From: Antedon mediterranea | Taxonomy: Eukaryota > Animalia > Echinodermata | Assembly (NCBI RefSeq): GCF_964355755.1 | Contig: NC_092671.1 | Location: 4,774,001 to 4,838,000 of the forward strand | DNA: 64,000 nt | Reading direction: 5' to 3' | Part shown: in pieces, positions 22,741 to 35,000 of the stretch | Position numbering within the stretch: position 1 is the stretch's first letter | How the letters are laid out: each line of letters starts with the position of its first letter | Position numbers and translations under genes: made by a program | Notes under the pieces: model-generated | Seen by the model: the letters and a program-made list of their open reading frames with translations, nothing else | Databases searched by the model: none | What the model was told of the DNA's origin: nothing

Positions 22741-25700
22741 AAATGGTATTTAGTATCGACACTGTGACAGTAAAGAATGTGTTATATCTTGTGCTATGTA
22801 TAGTACCTTATCAAATTCTGATCAAATTCATGTATTTGTAAGTTATTTAAATCAATTCGAGCTACCTTTAATGACTCTTAAAAACAAACAAATTCACATT
22901 CAAATAAATGTACGTCACAAACTTAATCACGATTCATCTATATGAAAAGATAAATTTAAAAAAAGACATTTTCTGACAAATAGGGTTATAAAAATGGAAT
23001 GTTGATACTGTGTGTGTACACTCATCTTAACCTAAAGGTATTAGGGATTCTCTTACAGTATATTAACTTAGGATTTATGGAATTACAATACAATAAATCA
23101 AATTGACAATATAACCATTGTTGATTGATGGAATAAACAAATTTATTCTAAAAAAAATTGAATAATAAATAACAAATTTGTAAATAAAAAGGTGATAAAA
23201 GTGAAAATGTACATTTGGCACATCCTGTATTCACAGAAGTTGCCGGACATGATGGATTTGGTTTAATGCCCTAATTTTCCGGGTAGGAAGTCACACGAAA
23301 CAATCACCTAGCCTATTCAAGGATGACTATTATTTATATGTACTTTAGTTCCGTGCAGATGTCAGTGGAATTTTGAGGTTGAATAATTTAAGCATTAAAT
23401 GACGACAGTATTTTTCTTAAGGCATGTTTTCATGTTGTTTTAATATTTACATCATCAGTTCAATTGATGTCATCTTAAATGGAGTGAAAAAAAATACCAT
23501 TTTTAATATCAGCAAAATTTCACAAAATCACGCCACAAGGTTCGGAACATTAGTATTGTTTTCTTTCGTTTTCTTATATTTCAAAAATCAAACCAACAGC
23601 CAAAATGATTCCTCAATAACAGGAGGGTTAACAGAAGGGATACAGATCGGATACAGCAACAAAACATGGCCTATAGGCCTAGTAGCATTTAACAATTATA
23701 ATCAACTTTAAAATTGTATTCCTAACTGATTAAATGAATATGTGAAAACATAAACTAGACCGTTTTCTAAAGAGAATTATATTTTTATATAATTATTTAC
23801 TAAATCTACAAAACAATCCTGATTATTGATATGATGATATTCACCCTCCTGAAAGAAACATGAAATATGGGTCTGGTCAGATCGTATGGTAATCTACGAG
23901 TACAGTAGGTATACTGATAAAGAAACATGATATAAATTTTTTTCAAAATTAATTAACAGAATTATAAAGAAACTTAAGATCTAGAGTAGGAAAGCGTTTA
24001 GCTGAATTAATTGGCTGTTTATAAGACAAAACGCATGAAACGATGATGGAACCTTTTTAGATATAATTAACAAAAATGATTGAATTATTAACAGCTAACT
24101 AAAATCAAGAGAAGGTTAAATTGTTATATCAAAGAATGTTTTTTCACACTATTTATAACAGTACTCTATCATAGAGTGGATATGGATGCAAAATTTCGGA
24201 AATTGAGATGAAACGATAGGTTGAGAGTGTTGCAACATATTTTACTGTTAGCTAAACTTTTTAGATGAACAAACATTTTTGAAAATGTAACAGTGGTTCA
24301 TTTAATGGACCTTAGAATTTCACCTTTTTAAGATTATCATTTTCAACCAGTGTAGTATAATAAAATGTTACTTCTTACACATTCATTTGTATAGTCACTA
24401 TATCCTTCATATAGTAATTCAGTAATATAATAGTCAAAATGTCAGTTCTGTTTAAATTCTTTATTTGCAAAATTTATTGTTATCTGTCTAGTGGAATTTA
24501 TTTTACAACTAAAGATGTAAAATCAAACTGAAAAATAATTTGTACTTTAAATAAATAAATCACTTTTGGCTAAACAAAGTTACAACAATAAATTTTAATA
24601 ATCTAATCTAATAACTTAATGCATAATGAATAAAAATGAATAGAAATACAAAGAATACCACAATTTACATTATTTTGTATGTTTTCCATGAAAGAAATGA
24701 AATTTGATATTGACCAAACCCTCTAAAGCTAGGACATAATACAATGATATAAGTCAAATGCAAGCCTACTAAAACCAAAACTAAAGTCTAATGGTGGCCA
24801 GTAAAATACAGGATAGAATAATAGATGGGAATTCCCTCTGTATTCCAAATCCTAATTTGTTAATTTGCAAATTATTATGTGAAACAGCAGTTCTTGCGCA
24901 ATTTACACATTTTTTGAGTACCGTAATTCTAATAGTTAATACTAAATAGGGTAAAAAATTCTTCCTTGGAAAAGCGTGCAATGAAATTAAATTAAGTTCA
25001 ATTATTATTAGAAATTGCGCACAAATCCGTGGTTTAAACCTTGCATAAAATATTGCCAACTTACCGGAATGACATCTTGAATATTGGAATTAAAATTTAG
25101 AACCTGATTTTCTTGTCTCTTAACTTGAGCCTAGAGAACATCAACCTCTTCCAATTTTTCCTCCACCACACACTTTCTTCTGGCTACTGCGCGGCTAGCT
25201 GTGTGTGTGTCTGTATATTAATATAGAGTGTGTAGTGTCACAACAAGCCACAACGGAGAAGCTTACAGAAAAGAAAACAGAATATAGAATAGAGTCCCTT
25301 CCACAATTATACCAAAATGATTTGCTTACATAATACTATCGTTACATTTAATCAAATTACTATCTTAAGACTGGTCCAAAAATTACAGGAACTTAACAGA
25401 ATTTAGCACCGCCGATCGAGTGATCATCATATCTACAGGAAAAAAAAATCAAAACATTACCCGGCCCAGGTCAAAGTTTACCAATCTATCGCTTCATCCG
25501 TATCGATTTATAGATCGATCGCGTGGTGGTAGATCGATCGCGCGTCGTGTCTCTCTCGTCGGGCTACTAGAGGACTGGAGGATTATTGTGTGTTTCTTCA
25601 GTTCATCCAGTCGTTATAAATACTGAAGTATCAATAAATAAACAAAGAGTGGGTAAGAATAAGATAAAATTGCATGGACCTGGTCTAGGCCTAGGCTAGG

Positions 25701-26032
25701 CCTATATGAATTAGGAGCATGCAATATTACTAAGAAAGTTGAAAAGTGCCGTGTTTTTAAGCCTCTATTTTAGGCCTAGCCCTAGGCCTAGCTAGCTTGG
25801 CTATTTTTTGTAGAGGAGGCGGGGCGCCATGGCCCACGGTATGCCTAGGCCTATATATAAAGTCTTTTGGTTCGGTCGCGTTCTCAGCTCGACCTGGGAG
25901 CCTAGGTTAGTATGGGAATTCGTTAGTATGTGGTACCGCATCCCAGGGCACAATCTATGAACTTAGCAACAAGAATAATTTTTTTATATCATTTCTAAAT
26001 ATTTTATGTAGCCTTTTTTAGAATAGAAAACA

Positions 26033-29000
26033 ATGGGTAAAAGCAAGAAAGATGACGATGATTTAAAGAAGCTTAAAAAACTGAAGAAGCTTCTTGGTAA
26101 AGACAAGCTTCGACAGGAACTTAAAAAGATTGATGGAAAAGAACAAGAAAGAAAGAAAACAAAGAAGAAATCAAGGAATTCATCAGAAGATGAAATTTGG
26201 GAAGAAAAACAAATTGAGAGAACAACTCGATCGGAAGATCATACTAAAAAGCAAGATATAGATAAAAAGTAAACAATTTAATACATGTTACATTACATAC
26301 CCCATCCTAACACTACAATCAACCCTTAACAGCCCTATTAAGAGGACACTTTGTTTGGCTCCTGAAAGTGTCCCGTTTTATAGATGTTGTACTGTAAATA
26401 TAATTGATTTAATGTAAAGAATCTCCATCTCTTCATCATGCATTTTATGATGTTAAGGTTGAGATAAGTTCTCTGTCGACATAAACGCACCTTAACATGT
26501 TCTGATAGAAAGGGCTATACTTTCATCTATATTTCATCTCCTATTTAAATTTGATTAAGAATTCATGTTTTTAGTTTTATTAGTACTTTAAATACTTAAA
26601 AGAATGTTATTGCATTTACAGTATAACAATAATATACTTATACCGGTGATATTGTTGTTATATTCAGAGATGGGAAACTCCAGTGGATGTATAAGGGTGC
26701 AGATGATCTAGTAGATGCTGAGGATTATCTTTTAGGCAAGAAAGTTGACCAAGCCATTGTCAAAAAACAAAGAGGAGAAGCATCTGAAAAGGTATTAATG
26801 CAAATAAGGAGTGCAAGGGTTGTACCTCACGACTCTTTCAATTCCACTCCCTAATTTTCAAATTATTTAATAGTTTATCCATCCTATAATTGGCGAGTTA
26901 CTCGCTGTTGGATGCATTTGAAATATTTAAAAAAATAGTTTGACAAAAAATGTGTGATGTGCCTAAATATGGTAGTGATGTGTCCAATGGTAGTGATATG
27001 ACATAATCATGTCCATATATGGGCACACCACATTTTTTTGTCACATAAAGTTTAAAGGCCAATTTACACAGACGAGCGGTAACGGTAAGAGGTAATTGTA
27101 AGCGAAAAACAGCGTGGCTTTTCCCATTTACACAGCGCGCGGAGTTCGCGAACGGAGTGGTGGAAAGTACTGTAGGTGCGTGTAGGCCTCGAGGCTAATG
27201 CATGTTACAGTCACTGCTGGCCTGGATGTGACTGACTGTCAGTAGGCCTAGCACACACAGGCCTAAGTTTTAGAGGAAATTATTGCCTAATAACGTAATA
27301 AAATGTGTATTTTCTTTTCACTATCCTTATACAAACATTAGTCACGTCGTAGGTGTTTGTATTTCTGAATAAAAAGAAGTTGCAAACTAAGCTAGGCCTA
27401 CTACGGCACTCGTATTTATTGTCGTCTTTCACTCGACGGACGCAAAAAAAAGTTGTTGATAGATGACGTCATTTCAATCATGTCGTTGGTTGGCCAGAAT
27501 CCATAATTACCGCGCAGTATTTTCTCAAAATCGAATCTGTTTCGATCCTGAGTGTAGTGAATTTATCTTAGTTGGTACCGAGCTTTCTCAGGCGTATATA
27601 TATTGTGGACGTCTCTCACTGGACGCTGGAAGGCTTTATAATGATGTTTTAGTACAACAATAAATACGCACATGTACACGTTTTACATCGCTAGGCCAAC
27701 AACCTATTTATTTGACATTCGTCTATAGATGGCGCTATAGCCTAAATACAACTCAACATCACATACTGTATATAACTCCACGCGACGTACTCTGTCACTG
27801 AATGATAACTCATACAAAAAGTATATTTAACTCAACTATAACTTTTATTCCTTGTAATTCGATTAATACATCTTTCTACCACTACCAGTCAAGCCTTAAT
27901 ATTTTCTTTATCATCTTTCCGTTTATCTACTCTGATCTTATTCTCTCTTCTTTTCCAATATCTATTACATTCTACTTTTATACTGGATATGCAAATTTTA
28001 GGCTTCAGAGGAGGATAACATTTTCCCTCCGAAAATTATACGATTTTGATTGGCTAATAATAAGACGGACCTGGTCTAAAGCATCCTTCTCTAAACACAG
28101 AGAATCACAACATTTAATATGACATGACCTCTATAATATTATTATGCACGGCTTAATCCATCTGCATTTCCATTTAATGATCCTTTCTTGTAAATAACTT
28201 TAAATTTATATCCTTGTAAAAACAGAGCCCATCTCATAAGTCTAACATTGGCACCCTTCATTGAGTCCATCCATCTCAATGCCTGGTGGTCAGTATGAAC
28301 TTGAAATTCACAACCATACAGATAATACTTAAGTTTATTGATAGCCCAAACAATAGAGAGGCACTCTTTTTCTGGCACAGAATATCTCTGCTCATGTACA
28401 GATAACTTTCTACTTAAATACACAATGGGATAATCATTACCCTCACCATCTATTTGGCTCAGCACTGCACCTATGCCATAATTTGAGGCATCGGTTTGCA
28501 ATATAAACATCTTATCAAAATTTGGGGCTTTTAATACATTATCATCAGTAAGCCGTTTCTTTAAAGTTACAAAGGCATTTTCACATTGTTCATTCCACTT
28601 AACGGTATTACTTTTACTCTTTAAAGTTAAATCAATCAATGGCTTAGCAATATCGGCATAGTTCTGTACAAATTTTCTGTAATAGCCAGTTAATCCGAGA
28701 AATGATCGGACTTGTTTCTTAGACAAAGGTCTGGGGAACTTTTCCACAGCCTCAACCTTATCAATCATGGGTCTAATTTCTCCATTACCAATCTTATGCC
28801 CCAGAAATTCTACCTGTGCATAGGCAATTTTACATTTCAAAGGCTTTGCTGTCAATCCAGCACTACTTAATCTTTCTAATACATCATTTAAATGAAAAAT
28901 ATGATCTTTCCAAGTTTGACTATAAATACATATGTCATCTATATATGCCTTAGCATATCCCTCAGTACCTTGTAATACCTTATCCATTAATCTTTGGAAA

Positions 29001-32000
29001 GTACTAGAGCTATTTTGCATACCAAATGGAAGTACATTGTAACAATACTGTCCAAATTGTGTAATAAATGCTGATTTGTCTTTGGTCTTAGGATCCAGAG
29101 GCACCTGGTAAAATCCTTTAGTTAGATCTAACGTAGTTATGTATATTGCGGATGATACCTCATCCAACATTTCGTCTATGCGAGGCATAACATAAGGGTC
29201 AAATTGTGTAGTCTTATTTAGTGATCTAAAATCTGTCACCATTCTAATTTGATTCTGGCCTTTCTTCAGGGCAATAATAGGTGCAGCATAGGCACTAACT
29301 GTAGGTTCTATTATACCCATAGCCAACATACTATCTAATTCCTCTTTCAATTTACCCTTTAATGCTTGGGGCGTTCTATATGCCCTATGCCTTATAGGCA
29401 TTTCACCATTAGTCTTAATTTCATGTGTCACCAAGTGAGTTCTACCTGGTACATCCGAGAATACATTCTGTTGGTACTTTAACAATTCTGTTAATTGTTT
29501 AGTTTGTGTATCATTTAAATTACTACTAACGTTAACATCTCTCCCATGTTTGTGATTGATGATAAGACAATCCTATGTCTATTTCACTATCTAACTCATT
29601 GTCATGGACTGTTTCATTTAAGTCTACTTCTTCTATCGACTGAACATTTGTTACTACATAATAACCATCTTTACTTATTTCTACTTTATCATACCATCTC
29701 TTTAACATATTAACATGTAGAATTTGTTTTTCTTTTCTTCTACCTCCTATGTATATTTCATAATTTACATCATTGACCTTTTTTGTAACAGTGAAGGGGC
29801 CTTGCCATTTACTGTCTAACTTACTATTTCCTACTGGAAGGAATATCAACACTTTGTCCCCTTCTACAAATTCTCTATCAATAGCATTCTTGTTATAATT
29901 GTGGGACATAATTTCTTGTTGTTCAAGTTTGTTTACATTAGCATCTTTCATTAATACCTCCATTTTTTCTCTTATGTCTAACATGTATTTGATAACATCA
30001 GTAGATGTTTCTTCATCTTCTACCCAATTACTTTTGAGTAAACTCAAGGGTCCCCTCACCTCTCTACCATAAAGCAATTTAAAAGGTGAATGGCCCGTCG
30101 CTTTACTAGGAACTTCTCTGTATGCAAACAGAAAGGGGGGTATGTAGTTATCCCAATTTTTTCTTTGCTTAACTGTAAGTGTCCTTATCATATTTTTCAA
30201 TGTACCGTGAAATCTTTCAACAAGCCCATTGCTTTGGGGGTGGTACACTGTAGTCTTTAATTGATTAATCCCCAACATACTACATATAGATTGCATAATT
30301 GAAGACATGAAATTAGTTCCTTGATCATGTACAATCTCTTCGGGTAATCCTACTCTAGTAAAGACTTCTATTAGAGCCCTGGCTACTGTTTCAGCTCTAA
30401 CATTGGGTAACGGGATAGCATCCGGATATCTCGTAGCATAGTCAATTATAGTAAGCATATATTTGTTATTACGGCTTGTTCTAGATAAGGGTCCAACAAT
30501 GTCTATCGCTATACGTTTAAATGGTGTACTTATAATCGGTAATGGTATCAAAGTATGTTTCCTTTTACTTTTACCCTTATCTACCTTTTGGCATTCCTTA
30601 CAGACTTTACAATAGACTACCACATCTTTAAATATACCTGGCCAATAGAATTGGTTCAGGACCCTACTTTTAGTTTTCTCAACACCCATGTGACCTGCAA
30701 ATGGCACATTATGACCTAAGTGTAATACACCCTGTCTACACTGAGTGGGTAATACAATCTGTTCCACTTGGTTATTCTTATCTTTAATACTACTCCAATT
30801 TCTCATCAATATACCTTGTCTCATAAAGAAACATACCCTATGCTGACCTATTTCTTCTATAGGGACTACCCTGTCAAACACTCCTTTGAGTGAGTCATCC
30901 TTAGTTTGCAATTTGATCAGTTCTTGTTTAGTTAGGTTCAGCTTGTGCTGTTGTTCATAAGTTTTATGTTTGACTGTTTTATCTTTAGCTTTATCCTCAT
31001 TTTCGTCAAACAAATTATTCATTTCTGTTCCATTCATATCATCTAAACACTTAGTTTTATTTACTTTGTTGTCATTTACTACTGTTTTCAACAACTGTAC
31101 ATTAGTTTCTTTAGGCGGCTCTTCTATCGGCTTAAAGTTACTATCTTTCCCTAACAATATCATTTCGTGTTGTATTCTAACATCATTTTCTATTCTGGCT
31201 TGCTCCCTAGTTAGGACGAACATTTCTTTAGCCATTGTTTCCCCACAATTCTGGTCCAAATCATGACCCAATAACATGTCCCTCTGTAATCCTTCGATTA
31301 CGGCTACAATCACTTTTCCTGTCACTATCTTACTTTCTATAGCTACCTCAGCTAAGGGGACGGTAATATCGCCTCCTATACCTCTTAACGTAACCCATTT
31401 TCCTGGCAAGTAACATTTGTTAGGCACTAGACTTTCCTTAACAGCTGACTGGGTACATCCCGAGTCTCTAAGCATAGTTATATCCTGTCCTTCTAATTTT
31501 CCTGGTATTGTACATTTCTCCATTTTATTTTCTACACTATCTATAACTACTTGGGGTCTATCTGATTTTATTTCTTCACATCTTAAGCCATCTTTCACAT
31601 TCGGGCCCTTCTTAGTGTCACTAGTCTTTCCTTTTGCTACCATCTTAGGACAATCCCCTATTTTATGTCCCTTCTCCTTACAATTAAAGCATAGGCCATT
31701 AATCCATTCATTTGAAGGTTCTCTCTGTTGGAAATTTCTACCATAGTTATGAAATTTGCCTCCCCTTCCGCGATACCTATTGTATCCTTGCTGTCTAGCT
31801 CCAGGGTTATTCTGAGTCGTACTATTTTTAGGTTTACTATTTTCTTGGCCCTTATAATACGTAGGCTTATTTTCAGAATTTACGGCATTCCAATAGCCAC
31901 GGCCACCTCTATTAGCTATATAATCATCGGCTATCATAGCCATATCATTGCTCTTATTTACTTGTTTATCTCTAAGATAAAGCCTCAGATTTTCAGGCAT

Positions 32001-35000
32001 TTTATCAAGTGCCTGTTCCATTATAATCATTTCAATAATGCCTGCAGCATCATCTTCTTTTACATTAGCACATTTCATCCAACATTTTAAATAATGGGAG
32101 AGCTCATTCAGCCATTCCCTGATGGACATATCTTTAACTCTGTTTGAATTTCTAAATTTAAATCTGTGGGTCTCTGCGGACACATCATACTTTTCTAAGA
32201 TTGCCTTCTTTAAGGTATCATAATCTACACATTCTTTTACGGTTAAGGATGCATATGCTGTCCTAGCTTTACCAGACAGTTCAGGTGCTAACCTAGCGGA
32301 CCACGTATTCTTATCCCAACCTGTGGCTTCTGCCAAGTGTTCAAATGTTCTAAAATATATATCAATATCATCGGATTCCTTCAAAGTAGGAACCTTTACC
32401 TTCATTTCATCTACTATATTCCTAGCATTACTGTAGCTAGACCTATTTTCTAATTCCATCATTTTCACTCTTTCTTGTGATTCAATTTTTCTTAGCTCTA
32501 TATCTTGTTGGTATTCTAACTTTTTGTTTTCGGCCTCGAACTTCATTCGAAAATATTCGAGCATCATATCTTTAGGCATACCGCCGGGTATTTCGGGCAA
32601 ATCAATATCCCTAGCCATTTTATCGTATATTTCATTGACTTGGTCAACCATAACTTCTTGGTCAACCATATCTTCCCTAGTATTTTTTTCTGACATAGTC
32701 TTATCTATATTTTTACCCGATCTTAAAGTTGTCATGCTAATAACAATTTACTAATGAAATATGTAAACTTATGTATACAAAATATGTTATAAAAGTATTT
32801 GTATTACCTTGATTCCATTCAGATATGTAAAAATATGAAATCCACATAAATTTTTAAATGCAATACAATCTAAGACATTAATTTACTTCAAAGTCACAAA
32901 CAACGTTCCAAGTTCGCTCCGTACAAAAATTTACTTTCGAAATAAAAAAAGTTTACAAAGTCAGCTTTGCAAATCTTCTCAAAATTTTCTGGGCTTCCTT
33001 CTGTTACTTCAGTCTTCTTCTTTCAGATCTCGGTGAATATATCTCCGATGAATATCCAGCAGTCTTGAGCTCAACAGTACTTCTTCTTCGTTGTAATATC
33101 CAAACAACGCACGGTATAAAAACTGTCAGGAATCCAGATCTTCGTAACCATTTAACTTTTTGGTTACTGATTTAACAGGCCCGTAGAGTAGGCACTGTCA
33201 CTTCTTCTTCTTCTTCTTCTTGATACTTAAATCATGTATTTTAAACAAAAATGTTCACCGCTGCCACCATGTAGTGAATTTATCTTAGTTGGTACCGAGC
33301 TTTCTCAGGCGTATATATATAACTCCACGCGACGTACACTGTCACTGAATGATAACTCATACAAAAAGTATATTTAACTCAACTATAACTTTTATTCCTT
33401 GTAATTCGATTAATACATCTTTCTACCACTACCAGTCAAGTCTTAATATTTTCTTTATCATCTTTCCGTTTATCTACTCTGATCTTATTCTCTCTTCTTT
33501 TCCAATATCTATTACATTCTACTTTTATACTGGATATGCAAATTTTAGGCTTCAGAGGAGGATAACATTTTCCCTCTGAAAATTATACGATTTTGATTGG
33601 CTAATAATAAGGCGGACCTGGTCTAAAGCATCCTTCTCTAAACACAGAGAATCACAACATTTAATATGACACTGAGCATACAGTATTTCCGCTCGTCCGC
33701 TCCGCGTTCTGTGTAAATGGTCATAAGAAATAACATAGATTCTATTTTTGCGTTTTCCGCTCAACTTTACCGCTTACCGTTACCGCTCGTCTGTGTAAAT
33801 TGGCCTTAATAGTGTTTAACAGCTTTAGATGTTTGTTTATTTCAGAGCCAGGATATTGCCAGTTCTGTAGGTGCAAAATTTGATGAGTCGGAAACCACTC
33901 AGGCTGTTGACATGGCAAACAAGCTCCGTGAAGATCCACTCTTTATGATCAAGTCAGTTCACATTTATATATAGTAGAACCTCTATTTAGGGGACACCTT
34001 TGGGACCCAAAAAAGTGTAAAGAGGGTGTTCCCTGAATAAGGGTTGGTTGTAGTGTTAAAATATATTTCCATTCATTTGTTTCATGGGAAAGTATCCATT
34101 TAATAGAGGTGTTTTACTGTGTTTGTTTAAATATGATCAAAACTTTAAAACCATTACTCAATGAGAATAATTTCTGGTTTTCTAGAAATTCACATACTTT
34201 ATTCCGATGGGTTTTTATTGACCTGTAACAAATTTAGGACCTTTTTGACCTCAAGAAAAATCTGGTTTTGAGATTTTCCAGTTTGTAGAGTCATTTTCAG
34301 CCTCGACCGTGCCAGACGTTCCAGAAAGCCAGATATTTCGTGCAGTATTGCAAGGTGTCTGTATTATTTGCATTTCGTTAAGATAAAATCCTCCAGCACT
34401 GCAGTGTGCATCCAAATCTTCGCGGTATTAGTAGCGGGAAAAAAAATCTGCTGTACTGTATTATTTTTATACAACCAAATTAATTTGATTTTTTTTTTAG
34501 ACAACAGGAATTGAACAAGAAGAAAGATTTATTAAATAATCCTGTACGAATGAAACAATTACAGGAACTTGTAAGTTATGTTTGTCATTTAATGTTGTTG
34601 TCATTATCATCATCATTGTTGTCATTATTATCATCATTTATGCAAAAAAACTTGTGTGTATATAGTTTTAGTATGTTTTTTTTTATCAAAAGTTGAAACA
34701 GTCTAAACAAAGTAAGAAGAAGAAAAAGAAGAAAAAACATGCTAGTTCATCTGATGAGTCATCCGACAGCAGCAGTGATCAGGTCAAAGGTCGTAAACCA
34801 CAAGGATATGGTTTGGTGAGTTTGACCAGCACACTCAGACATAAAAATTGTTTAGGTACAGGGGGTTAAAAGCCTATTCAGATTAACGAAATTTCTTAAA
34901 TATTTGATATTGTATATTAAATTCTGATAGCTGCGATTTATATTCCGTGTGTAGTTCTCATGAATGCGACAACTCCTTTTCTAAGCTCTGTTTGGTTGTA

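Larger units (their letters stand above)
27553..33671 (-). mobile_element. Gmr1-like Ty3/Gypsy LTR retrotransposon
   Basis: LTRs 33270-33671 (402 bp) and 27553-28124 (572 bp), TG...CA, about 4 substitutions plus a 170-bp indel. 5-bp TSD CTGAG (27548-27552 and 33672-33676). PBS TGGTGGCAGCGGT (tRNA-Leu-like) at 33257-33269. Confidence 0.95.
27056..33806. mobile_element. PIF/Harbinger-type MITE (family B) split by the Gypsy insertion
   Basis: TIRs AGGCCAATTTACACAGACGAGCGGTAACGGTAAG and its reverse complement; TAA TSD at 27053-27055 and 33807-33809. Confidence 0.85.

Noticed and set aside
27802-28122. 106-aa hydrophobic ORF in the LTR
   Set aside because: Antisense to the element, low complexity, and cut short by a stop in the other LTR copy.
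29485-29545. Programmed frameshift between integrase and RT
   Set aside because: No slippery heptamer is visible, and one extra G in a G-run explains the break more simply.
30970-32754. Plus-strand ORFs of 76-120 aa
   Set aside because: Antisense shadows of the retroelement polyprotein with no recognisable motifs.
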